Assembly (NCBI RefSeq): GCF_006345805.1
Contig: NC_043003.1
Coordinates: forward strand, 40,858,001-40,922,000
Length of the DNA stretch: 64,000 nucleotides
Direction of reading: 5' to 3'
Source of the DNA: Octopus sinensis
Lineage: Eukaryota
In this document: one piece after another, positions 1 to 12,171 of the stretch
Numbering within the stretch: position 1 is the stretch's first letter
How the letters are laid out: each line of letters opens with the position of its first letter
The notes under the pieces: model-generated
Database searches by the model: none
Told to the model about the DNA's origin: nothing
Seen by the model: the letters and a program-made list of their open reading frames with translations, nothing else
Made by a program: the position numbers and the translations under genes

Positions 1-42
<42 letters not shown>

Positions 43-539
43 TTGTGTGTGTGTATGTGTGTGTGTGTGTGTGTGAGTGTGTGCGTGTATGTATGTGTGC
101 GTTTAACTATGCATGAATTTTTGTTACCCACCACTGCTCGGTAGCCGTTGTAAGAGTTTCTTTATTTTTTTTTACGAGTTCATCAGAAATTGATTTTGTC
201 TTAAGCAACAATGAAACTTTTCGTTTCGAGCCTCATCCCAGCCTGACGAAAGAACCCACATGGGACCCAGTTTCATAGCAAGACTAAAAAAATTACGGAT
301 ATGAATCTGTGTAATTTTATATCTAATAATGATCCGTGTTGGTGTTGGTTATTGAGAACAAAGGCTACTGTTACAAGAAGATTCAGATTTGTTCAGTCAG
401 CTGTGCAGTTTGCTCCACAGGGATCCGATAGTGACACAGTTGTAAAGGAAGTGGCATAAGTTACCGTGCAAGATGATTGGTCAGTTAGCAAAGTAACGTG
501 GTTAGAGAAAAAAACTAAGATTATAATAGAGCCGAATAC

Positions 540-886
540 TATCTTCATCATCATCACCACAATCAGCACCACTACCATCATCATCACAACCACCACTATC
601 ATCATCATCATCGTCGTCATCATCATCATCATCATCATGACCACCACCACCACCACCAGCACCCTCCTCCTCCTCCTCCTCATCATCATCATCATAACCA
701 ACATCATCATTTTCTCTTTTATTTTCTATTTTTTCTTCTTATCCTCCTCTTCTTCGTTTCATCATCACCCTGCTCCTACAGTTACTCCTCCTCCTTCTCC
801 TCCACCCCACCTCATAGTTGTTGTTGTGGTTGATATTGTTGCTGTTGTTATTGTTGTTCTTCTCCTTCTTCTTCTTCTTCTTCTTT

Positions 887-918
<32 letters not shown>

Positions 919-989
919 TTCTTCATCTTCATCTTCATCTTCATCTTCTTCTTCTTCTTCTTTTTCTTCTTCTTCTTCTTCTTCTTCTT

Positions 990-1020
<31 letters not shown>

Positions 1021-1154
1021 TTCGCTCCGTCTTCCTATAGGTTATAGATTATAATAAATAATACAAAATGACGATGACGATTAAAGAATAACCGCAATAT
1101 CGAATGGCAATGAGTCACAAATATCATCATCATCATCGTCATCATCATTATCGC

Positions 1155-1188
<34 letters not shown>

Positions 1189-1468
1189 GTCGTCGTCATC
1201 ATCATCACCATCATCATCATCATAAGCACCACTAGAGAATCTTCACCACAAATACCAACACCACCGCCACCACTACCACCATCTTCACCACCACCTTCTT
1301 CATCATCATCCTCATCATCATCATCGCCACCATCATCATTGCTATAATTATTATTGCTGTTGTTATTCGCTATCATCAATATCATTGCTATAATTATTGT
1401 TGTTATTATTAACATAACCATAATTGTTGTTTTCTCTGTTGTTGTTGTTGTTGTTATTATTATTATTA

Positions 1469-1499
<31 letters not shown>

Positions 1500-1510
1500 C
1501 ATTATCAATA

Positions 1511-1572
<62 letters not shown>

Positions 1573-1630
1573 GTTGTTATTATTATTATTATATTGTTGT
1601 TGTTATCATGATTATTATTATTATAATCAT
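540..1630. repeat. Mosaic trinucleotide microsatellite block (ATC, ACC, TCC, GTT, TTC, ATT tracts)
   Basis: Consecutive runs of (ATC)n, (TTC)n, (ATT)n and others are visible directly; they produce the poly-amino-acid ORFs in the track. Confidence 0.95.
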
Positions 1631-1854
1631 TAGTATTATCAAAACTCTGCAGCCTGTTTAAACAAAACAACACGCCGGAAGCGAAGCAATATTAAATCAG
1701 TATAAATCGGCTATGAAGCTGCATTACAAAAAGTGAAGTGAGTAAAATCTAATAGCAATGTTGATAAATGTGGTTGGAAGAATATATTTTCAAATCATCA
1801 TGATGAATTTGTCGATTGTAAACATTTTGGCAACGAGAACACTCACGATATCGC

Positions 1855-2090
<236 letters not shown>

Positions 2091-2448
2091 GTGTCTATGA
2101 ATGTATATAAATGCATGTTGCGTGTTTGTGTGTGCTTTACGTATAGATTTTGCAACGGAGTATTCCAATGAGAAGAATGTATGATATATATAAGTGACAA
2201 GCAGAAAAAGAGGCACTGATAGGTAGACAGACAGAAGTACAGAAATGAAAATAGACATAATTCTTAAATTATTATGATGTACAATTCGTGTGATCGTGAT
2301 GATAAACAGAACAATGACAAGATCAACAACAGAACTTACACGAGCATCAACAACAACAACAACAAAACAAAAACAACAGCAACAACAAATCATTAAAACT
2401 TCCCGTCATTGTTTGTCATCATCAGGCTCATGAATATATATATATATA

Positions 2449-2509
<61 letters not shown>

Positions 2510-2819
2510 AGATATAGATAGATATAGATATATGCGTATATATTCATAATTGCATACGCATATATACTCATATATACGTATTTTCTGACATATATTTGCT
2601 AATTCTTTTAGCATATACACGCATAGATTGACATATACATGTATACACACTATTCGCATGCACGTACTCACAGGCACGCACCTGCACACATACTCGTGCG
2701 TACATACATATACACATATGCTTATATGCAAATGTATATACATACATAGATATAAATATATAAAATATTTACACAGAGACACACTCACACGTTAGGAAAG
2801 TAAATTATTTATCCACAAA

Positions 2820-2868
<49 letters not shown>

Positions 2869-5380
2869 TCATACACACAAAGGGGTTTTTGAACGCTTAT
2901 TCATTAGAATATTTATCGGAATGTGAAGTTTCATTTCAGCTACCACAGTGATGAATATACTCCTCAACATATATCGAACATATTTTTCCCATTGTTTGTG
3001 CAGCGAAACGTACATTTGAGCACGTATATATGCATATACACTCACATGTATCTATATGTTTATATGTGTGTGTATCTGTGTGTAAGTATGTGTTTATATT
3101 TGTTTGTTTGTGTACCTGTTTGTGCATATGTATGTACATATTGATGGAATGAAAAAGTGATAAGTAACTGAGCAATGCATGATGTGTAACGTTTGCCAAC
3201 ACTACCAAGCTATCGAACATATGTACAAACACGTCTGTAAATATGTTAAATCTATGAATGATTCCATGGCTGTCTGCAAGAAAACAAACAAAAAAACAAC
3301 TTTGCTCTTGTTCTGAACAAGAAATTCATCTGTCTTCAGAGACAGCCAACGATTCCTCAATTCGCAAACACTAGATATGATATCTCACTCTTTTCATATC
3401 TATGCTCAGAAAAAAAAAGTGTATGAAATTCTAGGGAATGTTGTGTGTTGTATTTACGGCAAACCATACAGACATTTCCTTGAAGTAATTTTCAATTATG
3501 CTCAAGCACAGAAATGCTTAATCATATTTAACCAGATGCACATTTAAACAGATACATACACGTACACCACTCTCCCATTCACATACACTGACAAAACCCT
3601 AATTAGTATTATTGTCTAATATAACAGTAAGTCATAACTATTTGACTATTTTACCGTGACATTGGGCAATGTTAGATGCCAATAGGGGTAGCTTATCTGT
3701 TTAAGAAGCTGCTAACAACTACACTTTCTAAGATTCTCATGGAACATTGAGAGAAATTAGATTGAAACTTTTATTCAGTAGAATGACTTCTATATTTGGG
3801 TGTTCTAAGTCAAAGGACACTTGAGGAATACAATTATAAATTCAACCGATGTTCAACATAAACATGGCTCGGATTGCGTAGCAGGTGTGTGTGTGTTTGT
3901 GTGTTTGTGTGTATTTCAGTGCTTCTGTGTTTGTGTTAATGTCCGCGCATGCATGTGTGTGTGCGTGCGTATATATCTCTATATCGAAGTTGCTAATGTA
4001 ATTCGAGTAGATTATGAAATAGATATAACCTACACGGAAGCATTAAAACTCTTCAGGTATCACCTTTCTTTTTCTTTCGTTTCTTATATACACCACAATG
4101 GAAATATCACTGTTTGTATGTCACGGATTTTCACTTACATAGTCCTATTAAATTGCGTTGAAATTTAATTGTCTTTGTCATATTATAAAAAGGTCCTTGT
4201 CTGTAGTACTTCCGGTAGGCTCCACGTGATTCTTTGATTCCAACTCTTATAACTTGATTTCTTAACGCTGAAAAATTGAAATACCAGTTTGAAATACAAA
4301 GCAACGCCCTATGTTACCAATGTTTTGTAACTTTCATTACGCTGGCTTTAAAAAACGAACCAACAACATTTATATATGTATCATCAATGCTTCATGAAAA
4401 CTGTACACACGCACATATAAGTGTTATGCTATGTTATATCAAGTCACTTTCATTATTCATCCCATTTTATCTATGATTCTGCAGATGGATATTGTTTCCT
4501 GCTTAAAATTCAGAAAACTGCCCGATGCTCCCTTTTCCCCCTACATATAGTGCAATTGGTCCGTACTCGGCCATAACTGGAAGGTTCGTAAATCGAAACT
4601 GTCTCGCAACGTTTGATTTCATGAATTTCTTTTCTGACTTCTGTGGTGAGATAAATGGAATTTCTCTGTAACTAGGAGTCCAGCTTTTACCTTTTTGTTT
4701 CCAAGACATCATGTTCTGCCACAGAATATGGTTTTGTGTGGGGTTGTGTGTGCCTGTGTTTATTGCCTGTATCTCTGTACATATGTAAATACGCATGCAA
4801 CCGTATATCTGTGTGGGAGTTTCCGTATGTGTCAAATGCGTAAACTAATAAAAAAAGATTCTTTCATTTCTATTGCAAATATTAAATTAAAATGGAAATC
4901 TTCGATTTGATATTTCATAATATGCGCAACAATTCCTGTGGTATTTAACTTGTCTGCAACCAAGACTTGGATGAATTACTATTCGCGTTTGGCTGTCATC
5001 AAGGTGTAGTTTAAGAATAATTTAAAGAGAAAGTGGAAGAAATTGTAGATTGTCGTCTTGACTATTCTAATTGTAAATTAGTATTACAGCAATTATATGA
5101 TTTCTTTTTCAAGAAATACCAAAACGACAGTAAACTGACTATAGAAACTGATGCCACAGTATGGAACAATACACTGCTAAACTTTAAATTCAGAGACTTT
5201 TAACTCCCCGGTAGCAATAGTTACTACGATCATGACTGATAGTTCATTGGCATTCAGGTAACATGATATTCCAGTCCACCTACATATATAATTACTATAA
5301 TAGTAAATATGTAGAGCTTTATCAGTTACGTTGAATAGATAAATGATGCCTCCACTTACAACGCAGACCGCAATTCGACG

Positions 5381-5562
5381 AGGGCATATGGCGTAGTGGT
5401 TAAGAGGGCAGGCTACTAACCCCAAGATTCCGAGTTCGATTCCAAGCAGTGACCTGAACAACAACAACAACAACAACAGCAACAACAGCAACAGCAACAA
5501 CAGCAGCAACAACAACAGCAACAACAGCAACAACAGCAACAGCAACAACAACAACAATAATA

Positions 5563-5623
<61 letters not shown>

Positions 5624-5798
5624 CAACATCGAAGAATACCTTAGAAATGAGAACCCAAGTTCGAAATTTCCCCAAGACACCTGAAAAAGCTGGAGGGTAT
5701 ATCAGCCGAAACGTTGTGTTAACAACAAACTAGATGAGGACTAATATCCGTCAAATGTAAATAATGTACATAATTCCTCATCTCTTAAATATAGAACA
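5381..5798 (+). mobile_element. tRNA-derived SINE with internal (AAC)n/(AAT)n microsatellite and a hammerhead-like 3' module
   Basis: Head GGGCATATGGCGTAGTGGTTAAG (A box) ... GAGTTCGATTCC (B box, 5432-5443); microsatellite ~5457-5627; tail contains GACAC-CTGAAAAA-GCTG..CAGCC-GAAACGTT-GTGTT. Confidence 0.8.
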
Positions 5799-6008
5799 GT
5801 TACATCTTTATTCATTACGTTTAGCATTAAATGAACTAATGAGAGGTAGAATGTGATTTCCACCCTTTGAATTATATAACTGATGTAATATATCTACTCG
5901 TTCGAGTACTTATCGTGTGCAGTTGTAAATAACTCTGTGTGTCTCTGTGTGTATGTGTATGTATATATGAATGTAAAACATATGGAAAAAATATAAATAA
6001 AACAAACT

Positions 6009-6080
6009 TAGCAGAGCGTAGTTTCGATCTACGGACCTCTGGGTTATGGGCCCAGCACGCTTCCACTGCGCCACTCTGCT
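6009..6080 (-). tRNA. tRNA-iMet: Initiator tRNA-Met (CAT), intact
   Basis: 72 nt, AGCAGAGTGGCGCAGTGGAAGCGTGCTGGGCCCATAACCCAGAGGTCCGTAGATCGAAACTACGCTCTGCTA. Initiator hallmarks: A1:U72, GGG/CCC in the anticodon stem, GATCGAAA T-loop. T-run downstream. Confidence 0.97.
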
Positions 6081-6510
6081 CACTGGGTTACTGGGCTGTG
6101 CATATAGTCTATTATTTCTTTTATTTACTCTTCTACATCTGATGGTCTTGATTGCTCTGCCATTGTTGATTGAATATATACCTCTCTGTGTTAAATTGTG
6201 TCACAAATACAAAAGGAAGAAGCTAATCAATGTATGACTATAGAGATCAAATATTTGTCAAGTAAAACGTGACATTTCATTATACTAGTATTGCACTTCA
6301 TACATTTGAAGGTGAATGAAAAGACGGATGGAATATTCCAGAATATGTTTTCACTGTTGTGTGCTTTCTCAGTTTGAAGAATCCCTTAAAGTCTGAATTT
6401 CCTCCTTGTAGTCAAAAGTGAATGTAAATGTATATAGTGACATACAGACATACAAATATACAATTGCACGCATACGCACATCAGACACACGCGTTCGCGC
6501 ACACGCACAT

Positions 6511-6915
6511 TTTTATTCTTTTACTTGTTTCAGTCATTTGACTGCGGCTATGCTGGAGAGCCTCCTTAAAGGGTTTGGTTTTCAGTCGAAGAAATCGACC
6601 CCAGGACTTATTCTTTGTAAGCATAGTACTTATTCTATCGGGTAATTTTGCTGAACTGCTAAGTTACATGGACGTACGCACACCAACATCGGTTGTTAAG
6701 CGAGGAGATACACACAGACAAATAAGCAGACAGACAGGCAGACAGACACACATCTATATACGAAAGGATTTTTTCAGTTTCCGTGTACCAAATCCACTCA
6801 CAAGGCTTTGATCGGCCCAAGGCAATTATAATAAAAGATACATATCTAAGGTGTCACGCAGTGGGACTAAACCCATAACCACGTGGTTGGGAAGCAAGCT
6901 TCTTACCAGAGGCCT
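6511..6915 (-). mobile_element. tRNA-derived SINE, family A (head slightly truncated)
   Basis: Matches the other family A copies (11698, 24915, 44541) in body ACCGCTAAGTTACGG..., microsatellite spacer and tail. Confidence 0.85.
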
Positions 6916-6920
6916 ACATA

Positions 6921-7127
6921 CAGGGTGGCTCAAAATTAGGTTTACAGTTATTAAATTATCTCTTTCGCATTCATATATTAACAGATTAGATCTTAATTAT
7001 AAAAATTATGTACCCATTATTCTATGCTAATTTAGTTAACTGTAAGAAATTTAAATGTAATAAAATGTTTTAAAAGAAATTTAATGTGCCTACGTGATAA
7101 CTGTAAACCTACTTTTGAGCCACCCTG
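6921..7127. mobile_element. Tc1/mariner-type MITE, 207 bp
   Basis: 31-bp TIR CAGGGTGGCTCAAAA(T/G)TAGGTTTACAGTTAT with 1 mismatch; TA on both sides. Confidence 0.92.
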
Positions 7128-7159
<32 letters not shown>

Positions 7160-8422
7160 CAGAAGTTGGGCAAAATAATGGAAACACCTAGCATCATAGA
7201 GTCATAATTTTGAAATATCTATAAAACTGTCAAAAGCTTGTTTATTTTTATGTCATTTGAATTATCATTAGTGTTGCTAAATATGTTTTACTAACATAGC
7301 TGTTTCTTTTCAGATATCATCAGTAAAAGATAATTAAATTCATTAAAATTACAGATCTATCGGGCTTTCAAAGAGGTCGAATTGTTGGTGTACGTGTGGC
7401 AGGCCCTAGCGTAAAGAAAACAGCCGAAATGTTTGGTGTATCAAGAAGTACTGTCTTGAAAGTAATGACAGCCTTTCAGAAAGAGGGAAAAAACCTGCTT
7501 GTCGAAACCAAACTCCGGAAGAAACCCCAACTTTCAGATGGGGATCGTTGGCCTCTTACGCGAATTGTTAGAAAGGATCACAAAAGTACAGATCCCAAAA
7601 TTACTGCAGAGCTTAATGACCACCACGAGAACCCAATTTCCACAAAAACTGTTCACCGAGATTTCACAGAAGGACTGCAATCAGAAAACCACTAATTTCA
7701 AAAGCAAACGATGTAAAGCGTTTAGTGTGGAGTAAAAACCTACAGGATTGGTCCCTAGAGTAGTGGAAGAATGTTATTTTCTCGGACGAGTCATTCTTTA
7801 CCATATTTCCGAACACCGGCCGATTAACGCGCGGAGACAGCCAAAAGAAGCATTTCACACAGACTGCCTTCTTCCAACTGTTAAACATAGAGGAGGGTCG
7901 GTGATGATCTGGGTGGGGTTGGGGGCTATATCTTGGAAATATGCCGGCCCAAAAGCTTTCCTTCATGGCAGAATTAATAGTCTAGACTATTTAAGTAGTT
8001 TATCTGATCAAATTCATCCTATGGTTGCGAAACTGTTTCCAGAGGGAAACACAGTCTTTCAGGATGATAATGCACTAATTAACGCAGCTAAAGTTGTTAT
8101 TGAATGGCACGCAGAACATTCTAGTGAAGTTGAACATCTTATCTGGCCACCACAGTCGCCAGATCTCAATATTATTGAACATTTATGGTGCATTTTAGAA
8201 AAATAAGTAAGGAGTCGATATCTTCCACCATCATCACTACAAGAATTGGAGACTCTTTTAGCTGAAGAATAGACAAAAATTCCTTTGGAAACAATTCAAA
8301 CTTTGTACGAGTCCATATCTCGTAGAATTCAAGCTGTAATTACTGCCAAAGGTGGTCTTACCCCATATTAAAATAAATTTGTTTTATATTTAAGGTGTTT
8401 CCATTATTTTGTACAATCCCTG
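7160..8422 (+). mobile_element. Full-length decayed Tc1/mariner transposon, DD36E (Incomer-type)
   Basis: ~30-bp imperfect TIRs CAG(AAG/GGA)TTG(GG/TA)CAAAATAATGGAAACACCT; TA on the left only; 1263 bp; transposase pseudogene inside. Confidence 0.92.
7348..8371 (+). pseudogene. Tc1-like transposase pseudogene (start codon lost, frameshifts, stops)
   Basis: HTH region DLSGFQRGRIVG..VSRSTV; IFSDESFFT; GGSVMIW; FQDDNA...WPPQSPDLNIIE with 36 residues between the second D and E. Confidence 0.92.
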
Positions 8423-8560
8423 TTTCTCTCCTTGTTTCTTTCTGTGTTCCTTTCTGTAGAAGAGCGTAGGCTCGAAACGTTAAAGACATTTTCAATTCCC
8501 GAGCGTTATACTAATACATCCGTTTGTTTTTGTCTTTTCTCCCTATATATATATACACGC
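8423..8560 (+). mobile_element. Penelope pLTR-like repeat with a minimal hammerhead-like motif (copy 1)
   Basis: Homologous to the reverse complement of ~62930-63075; motif CTTT-CTGTAGA-A-GAGC-GTAG-GCTC-GAAACGTT-AAAG at 8450-8485. Confidence 0.6.
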
Positions 8561-8879
8561 ACACACACGCAATACATCTGTGAAAGACTGAAAGTGCGTA
8601 TGCCCACTTTTCTTTATTTTTTCGTGTATGTAGCTCTTGTTTTCACCCTGCTTTCACTAAAATGCTACTTACATGTGTTTCCCTAATTTAGGCCTCTTCC
8701 TGCTCCTCATTGACTATTTCACCACTTCGGGTCTTTCTCTGACCGTCACTCCCTTTTCCTATCACTACTTCTTTCTCTAAATCTCGCTATCTATTTCCTT
8801 TTTGGCCAAGTAATTGTTCTAGCCGAAGAGTTGATCAATGTAGGTATTCTTGTTATGGTGGTACGTACGCAGTATTTGA

Positions 8880-9780
8880 CTTCAATTAATTCAAGTTCGA
8901 TGTCAAAATCTGTAGATGCGCGTTCAATTTAGGATCATGACCGCCATTTTTTATAAATTGTATTTCATTCGCTGTCACCGAAAGAAGTAATTACCATATG
9001 GTCATATTTTCATTTGGTAAGCAATGATAAGATTTACTCTAATTATATTGATTCTATTATACCTGCAGAGCTTCTAGAAAGAAGTGTTAAGCCAAAAGGA
9101 TTCATAGTTACTGCTGTAAATTCAACAAGAATAATTCACCTTTCATAGAAGAGAACGAATGTCCGAAATGGTTTCCAATATTGTTTGTCAAGGTCACAAA
9201 GAGTGATCATGGCTATCCCTCCTTCAGAAGGAGAGCGCCAGCAGATGAAGAGTATCAGGAGATTGGTGGAAGATTATGAACTCAGCAAGAGATAGGTAGT
9301 TCCTTATTTCCTACTCCGAACATAGCAATTTAATACGCATATCGATTTTAATTTCTGCAATTCAATAAAGTTAATCAAATATTACTGTAAATAAAACATC
9401 AAAGGATGTGTCGCTGCAATGTTTGTTGTGACGAAGCAAGACGGCTGCAGTAATGTTAGCGAATTCCAGCATAGACATTAGCTGAAAAAGATTCCAATAA
9501 TGCAGCTGCGCAATTTAGATCAACAGTGCAATGGTGCATGACAAATTGTGAATAATTTTATGCCACATGTCACCACGACTTCTAATTTTAATGAGTTTAC
9601 CAACTAAGAAGATGCAATTATATTCAGAATTCCTCTCACAAAAAGATGTATCTTTTTGATTTAGATTTCATTTTGGAGAACAACTAAGAATTGTCTTATA
9701 AATCAATAATACCGACAGAGATTTATGAACGGTTGCTGATCTACTGTCTCTTAAGGAATACTTCTTTGCTGATGTCCAAT
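8880..9780 (+). pseudogene. Helitron Rep/helicase remnant (Rep domain C-terminal region)
   Basis: Hand translation gives LPYGHIFIW (HUH motif 2-like), IDSIIPAEL, ECPKWFP..T..HGYPSFRRRAP and IKLIKYYCK*NIKG, in the same order as Helitron Rep motifs; many stops. Confidence 0.8.
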
Positions 9781-9926
9781 TAATGGACGTCCAAAGTATG
9801 TGAGCATCCAGCATTTATTTTATCCCTTCAGATTGCCAAAAGTTTGATATATTATACATATACATGTATAAATATGAAGATAAATATGAGTTTCAAAAGT
9901 GAAAAACATTAGAAACATCATAATAT

Positions 9927-9998
9927 TAGCAGACCGTAGTTTCGGTCTACGGTCATCTGAGTTAGGGGTCCAGCACGCTTCCACTGTGCCACTCTACT
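9927..9998 (-). pseudogene. tRNA-iMet pseudogene (anticodon mutated to CCT, stem mismatches)
   Basis: 72 nt, colinear with the intact iMet copies, with multiple substitutions including in the anticodon stem and B box. Confidence 0.88.
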
Positions 9999-10571
9999 TA
10001 ACTGTCGCTGTTCTTCAATACATATTTTATTATTTCTTTCAGTGACTTTTCTAAGTAAAATTTCTATTATTGCATCATTCATTATATATCAATTTTATCG
10101 ATGTGTTTTGGGTTTGTGAAATTTATGAAAGGAAGAAAGTAAGTCATAAACGATATAGAACCCAAATATCTGCTTAGTAAAATGTTACATTTCTCTAAAT
10201 AACTTCAATATTTATGCCAATGTTAGTACAAACAAGACACTGAGTATCATGATGGATATATCTGACAATGATCAAAACAGCCAAATTATGAGGGAATAGA
10301 TCTAATAAGAGATATAATACCATATGTGCAGAGTTAAGGAAAGACTATCGCAACTTTTCTTTGCACATTATTTCCTTATCATAAATGTTGGAACTTCAGG
10401 AATTTTAGTTCCATTATTTGGTTTAGTGGGTTTCTTCTAAGCAAAGTAGCCTGGTTCCACACTTTATTAGAATAATTTCAATTCCATGATGAGTTTATCT
10501 CCCTATACTCCAATTTCAGGCAATTTTAAAAAATACTTTAAAATCTAAGTGATGTCAAGATGACGAAAACA

Positions 10572-10967
10572 TCTTTATATATAAAAGTCAAGTTCTGTGT
10601 CTGTCTCCTACGATTTAGATTCCTAACTACTCCCACATTTTGCGGTGCAGTTTAACCAAAACCGGGTATCTTATAGTCGTGATTCATATCGAGACCTTCT
10701 GGGTATTCGCGCGCGTCTACGATGAGTGTACGATTAAAAAAAAAAATTACCATAATTTTTTTCCATTTTAATGCATTTTTTTCGCTATTATATAAGGGAA
10801 GTAACTCTCTAAAAATGTCTATGATGAGTCAACGATTTAAAAAATATTTAGCATAATTTTTTTTCCATTTTTAATGCATTTTTTGCTATTTTTTGGCTAT
10901 AACTCTCTAAAAATGCTTTATAGTTATTTCCCTTACAAACCCGAGCAACGCCGGGCGATACTGCTAG
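10572..10967 (+). mobile_element. Non-autonomous Helitron
   Basis: 5' A|TCTTTATATATAAA; 3' hairpin CCCG-AGCAACGC-CGGG followed by CTAG|T; no TSD. Confidence 0.88.
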
Positions 10968-11568
10968 TATATTATATTAGGAAATACGTTCAAATGAATT
11001 TTAAAAATATTCCCGTTTACCCAATTCTGGGTGTTATTCAAGATGCCTGAATTAGAAATTTTCCATACATCTCAACATAAAATTGATGTTGAACGTGAAG
11101 AGCATAGTGCAATAGACAGTAAAATGCTACATACATTTCTTTCCTGATATCGAAAGAAAATTTCCTAGGGTAGAGTTGAATAATAAGAATATTTCACCCT
11201 TCAGAATATTTCCCCAGCATTTCCAGGTATTTTTCTGTTTAGTACACTCATAAATTCACACACATGCGCGCTAAGGCACACACATCTATGTATGTGCATA
11301 TGAATTTATAGTATATACGTCTATTTATGTAAGTAGTATGTTTATACATATAGACATACATATATGTAAGAAGCTTGCTTCCCGACCACATGTTCAGGAA
11401 GCAAGATTGAGGTTCAATCTCAATTCGTGGTACTTTGGGCAACTGTCTTCTAGTATATATATATATATATATATAGATCCAGGTGGTGCTATTAAGTCAG
11501 ACATGGCCTGGGCCAATACTGGCCAAAACTTTTCTAAGTTATTCTAAGTTATATATATATATACATAC

Positions 11569-11650
<82 letters not shown>

Positions 11651-11697
11651 TATATATATAATATATATATATATGTGTGTGTGTGTGTGTATATAAT

Positions 11698-12150
11698 AGC
11701 CGCAGGAGTGGCTGTGTGGTAAGTAGCTTAATTACCAACCATTTGGTTCCGGGTTCAGTCCCACCCTTGGTAAGAGCCTTCTACTGTAGTCTCCGGCCGA
11801 CCAAAGCCTTGTAAGTGGTTTTGGTAGACGGAAACTGAAAGAAGCCTATCGTATCTCTCTCTCCCTCTCTCTGTCTGCCTGTCTGTCTGTCTGTCTCTCT
11901 CTCTCTATATATATATATATAAATATATAAATGTGTGTCTATGTGTGTGTAGATGCGTATATATGTGTATGTTTGTTACACGATCATCGCTTGACAACCG
12001 ATTCTGGTGTGTTTATGTCCCGTAACTTAGCGGTTCGGCAAAAGATACAGATAAAATAAGTACTAGGCTTACAAAGAATAAGTCCTGAGGCCGACTAAAA
12101 CACTTTCAATGCAGTGCTCCAGCATATCCGTAGTCAAATGACTTTAAAGT
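11698..12150 (+). mobile_element. tRNA-derived SINE, family A, near full length
   Basis: Head GCAGGAGTGGCTGTGTGGTAAG..GGGTTCAGTCCC, internal microsatellite, conserved tail. Confidence 0.85.
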
Positions 12151-12171
12151 ATAAAAAAATGATAGAATATA

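Noticed and set aside
5381-5456. tRNA-like heads of the SINEs (also 11698, 12640, 33500, 34965, 58311)
   Set aside because: They have A and B boxes but no complete cloverleaf or acceptor stem, and they continue into repeat bodies, so they are not tRNA genes.
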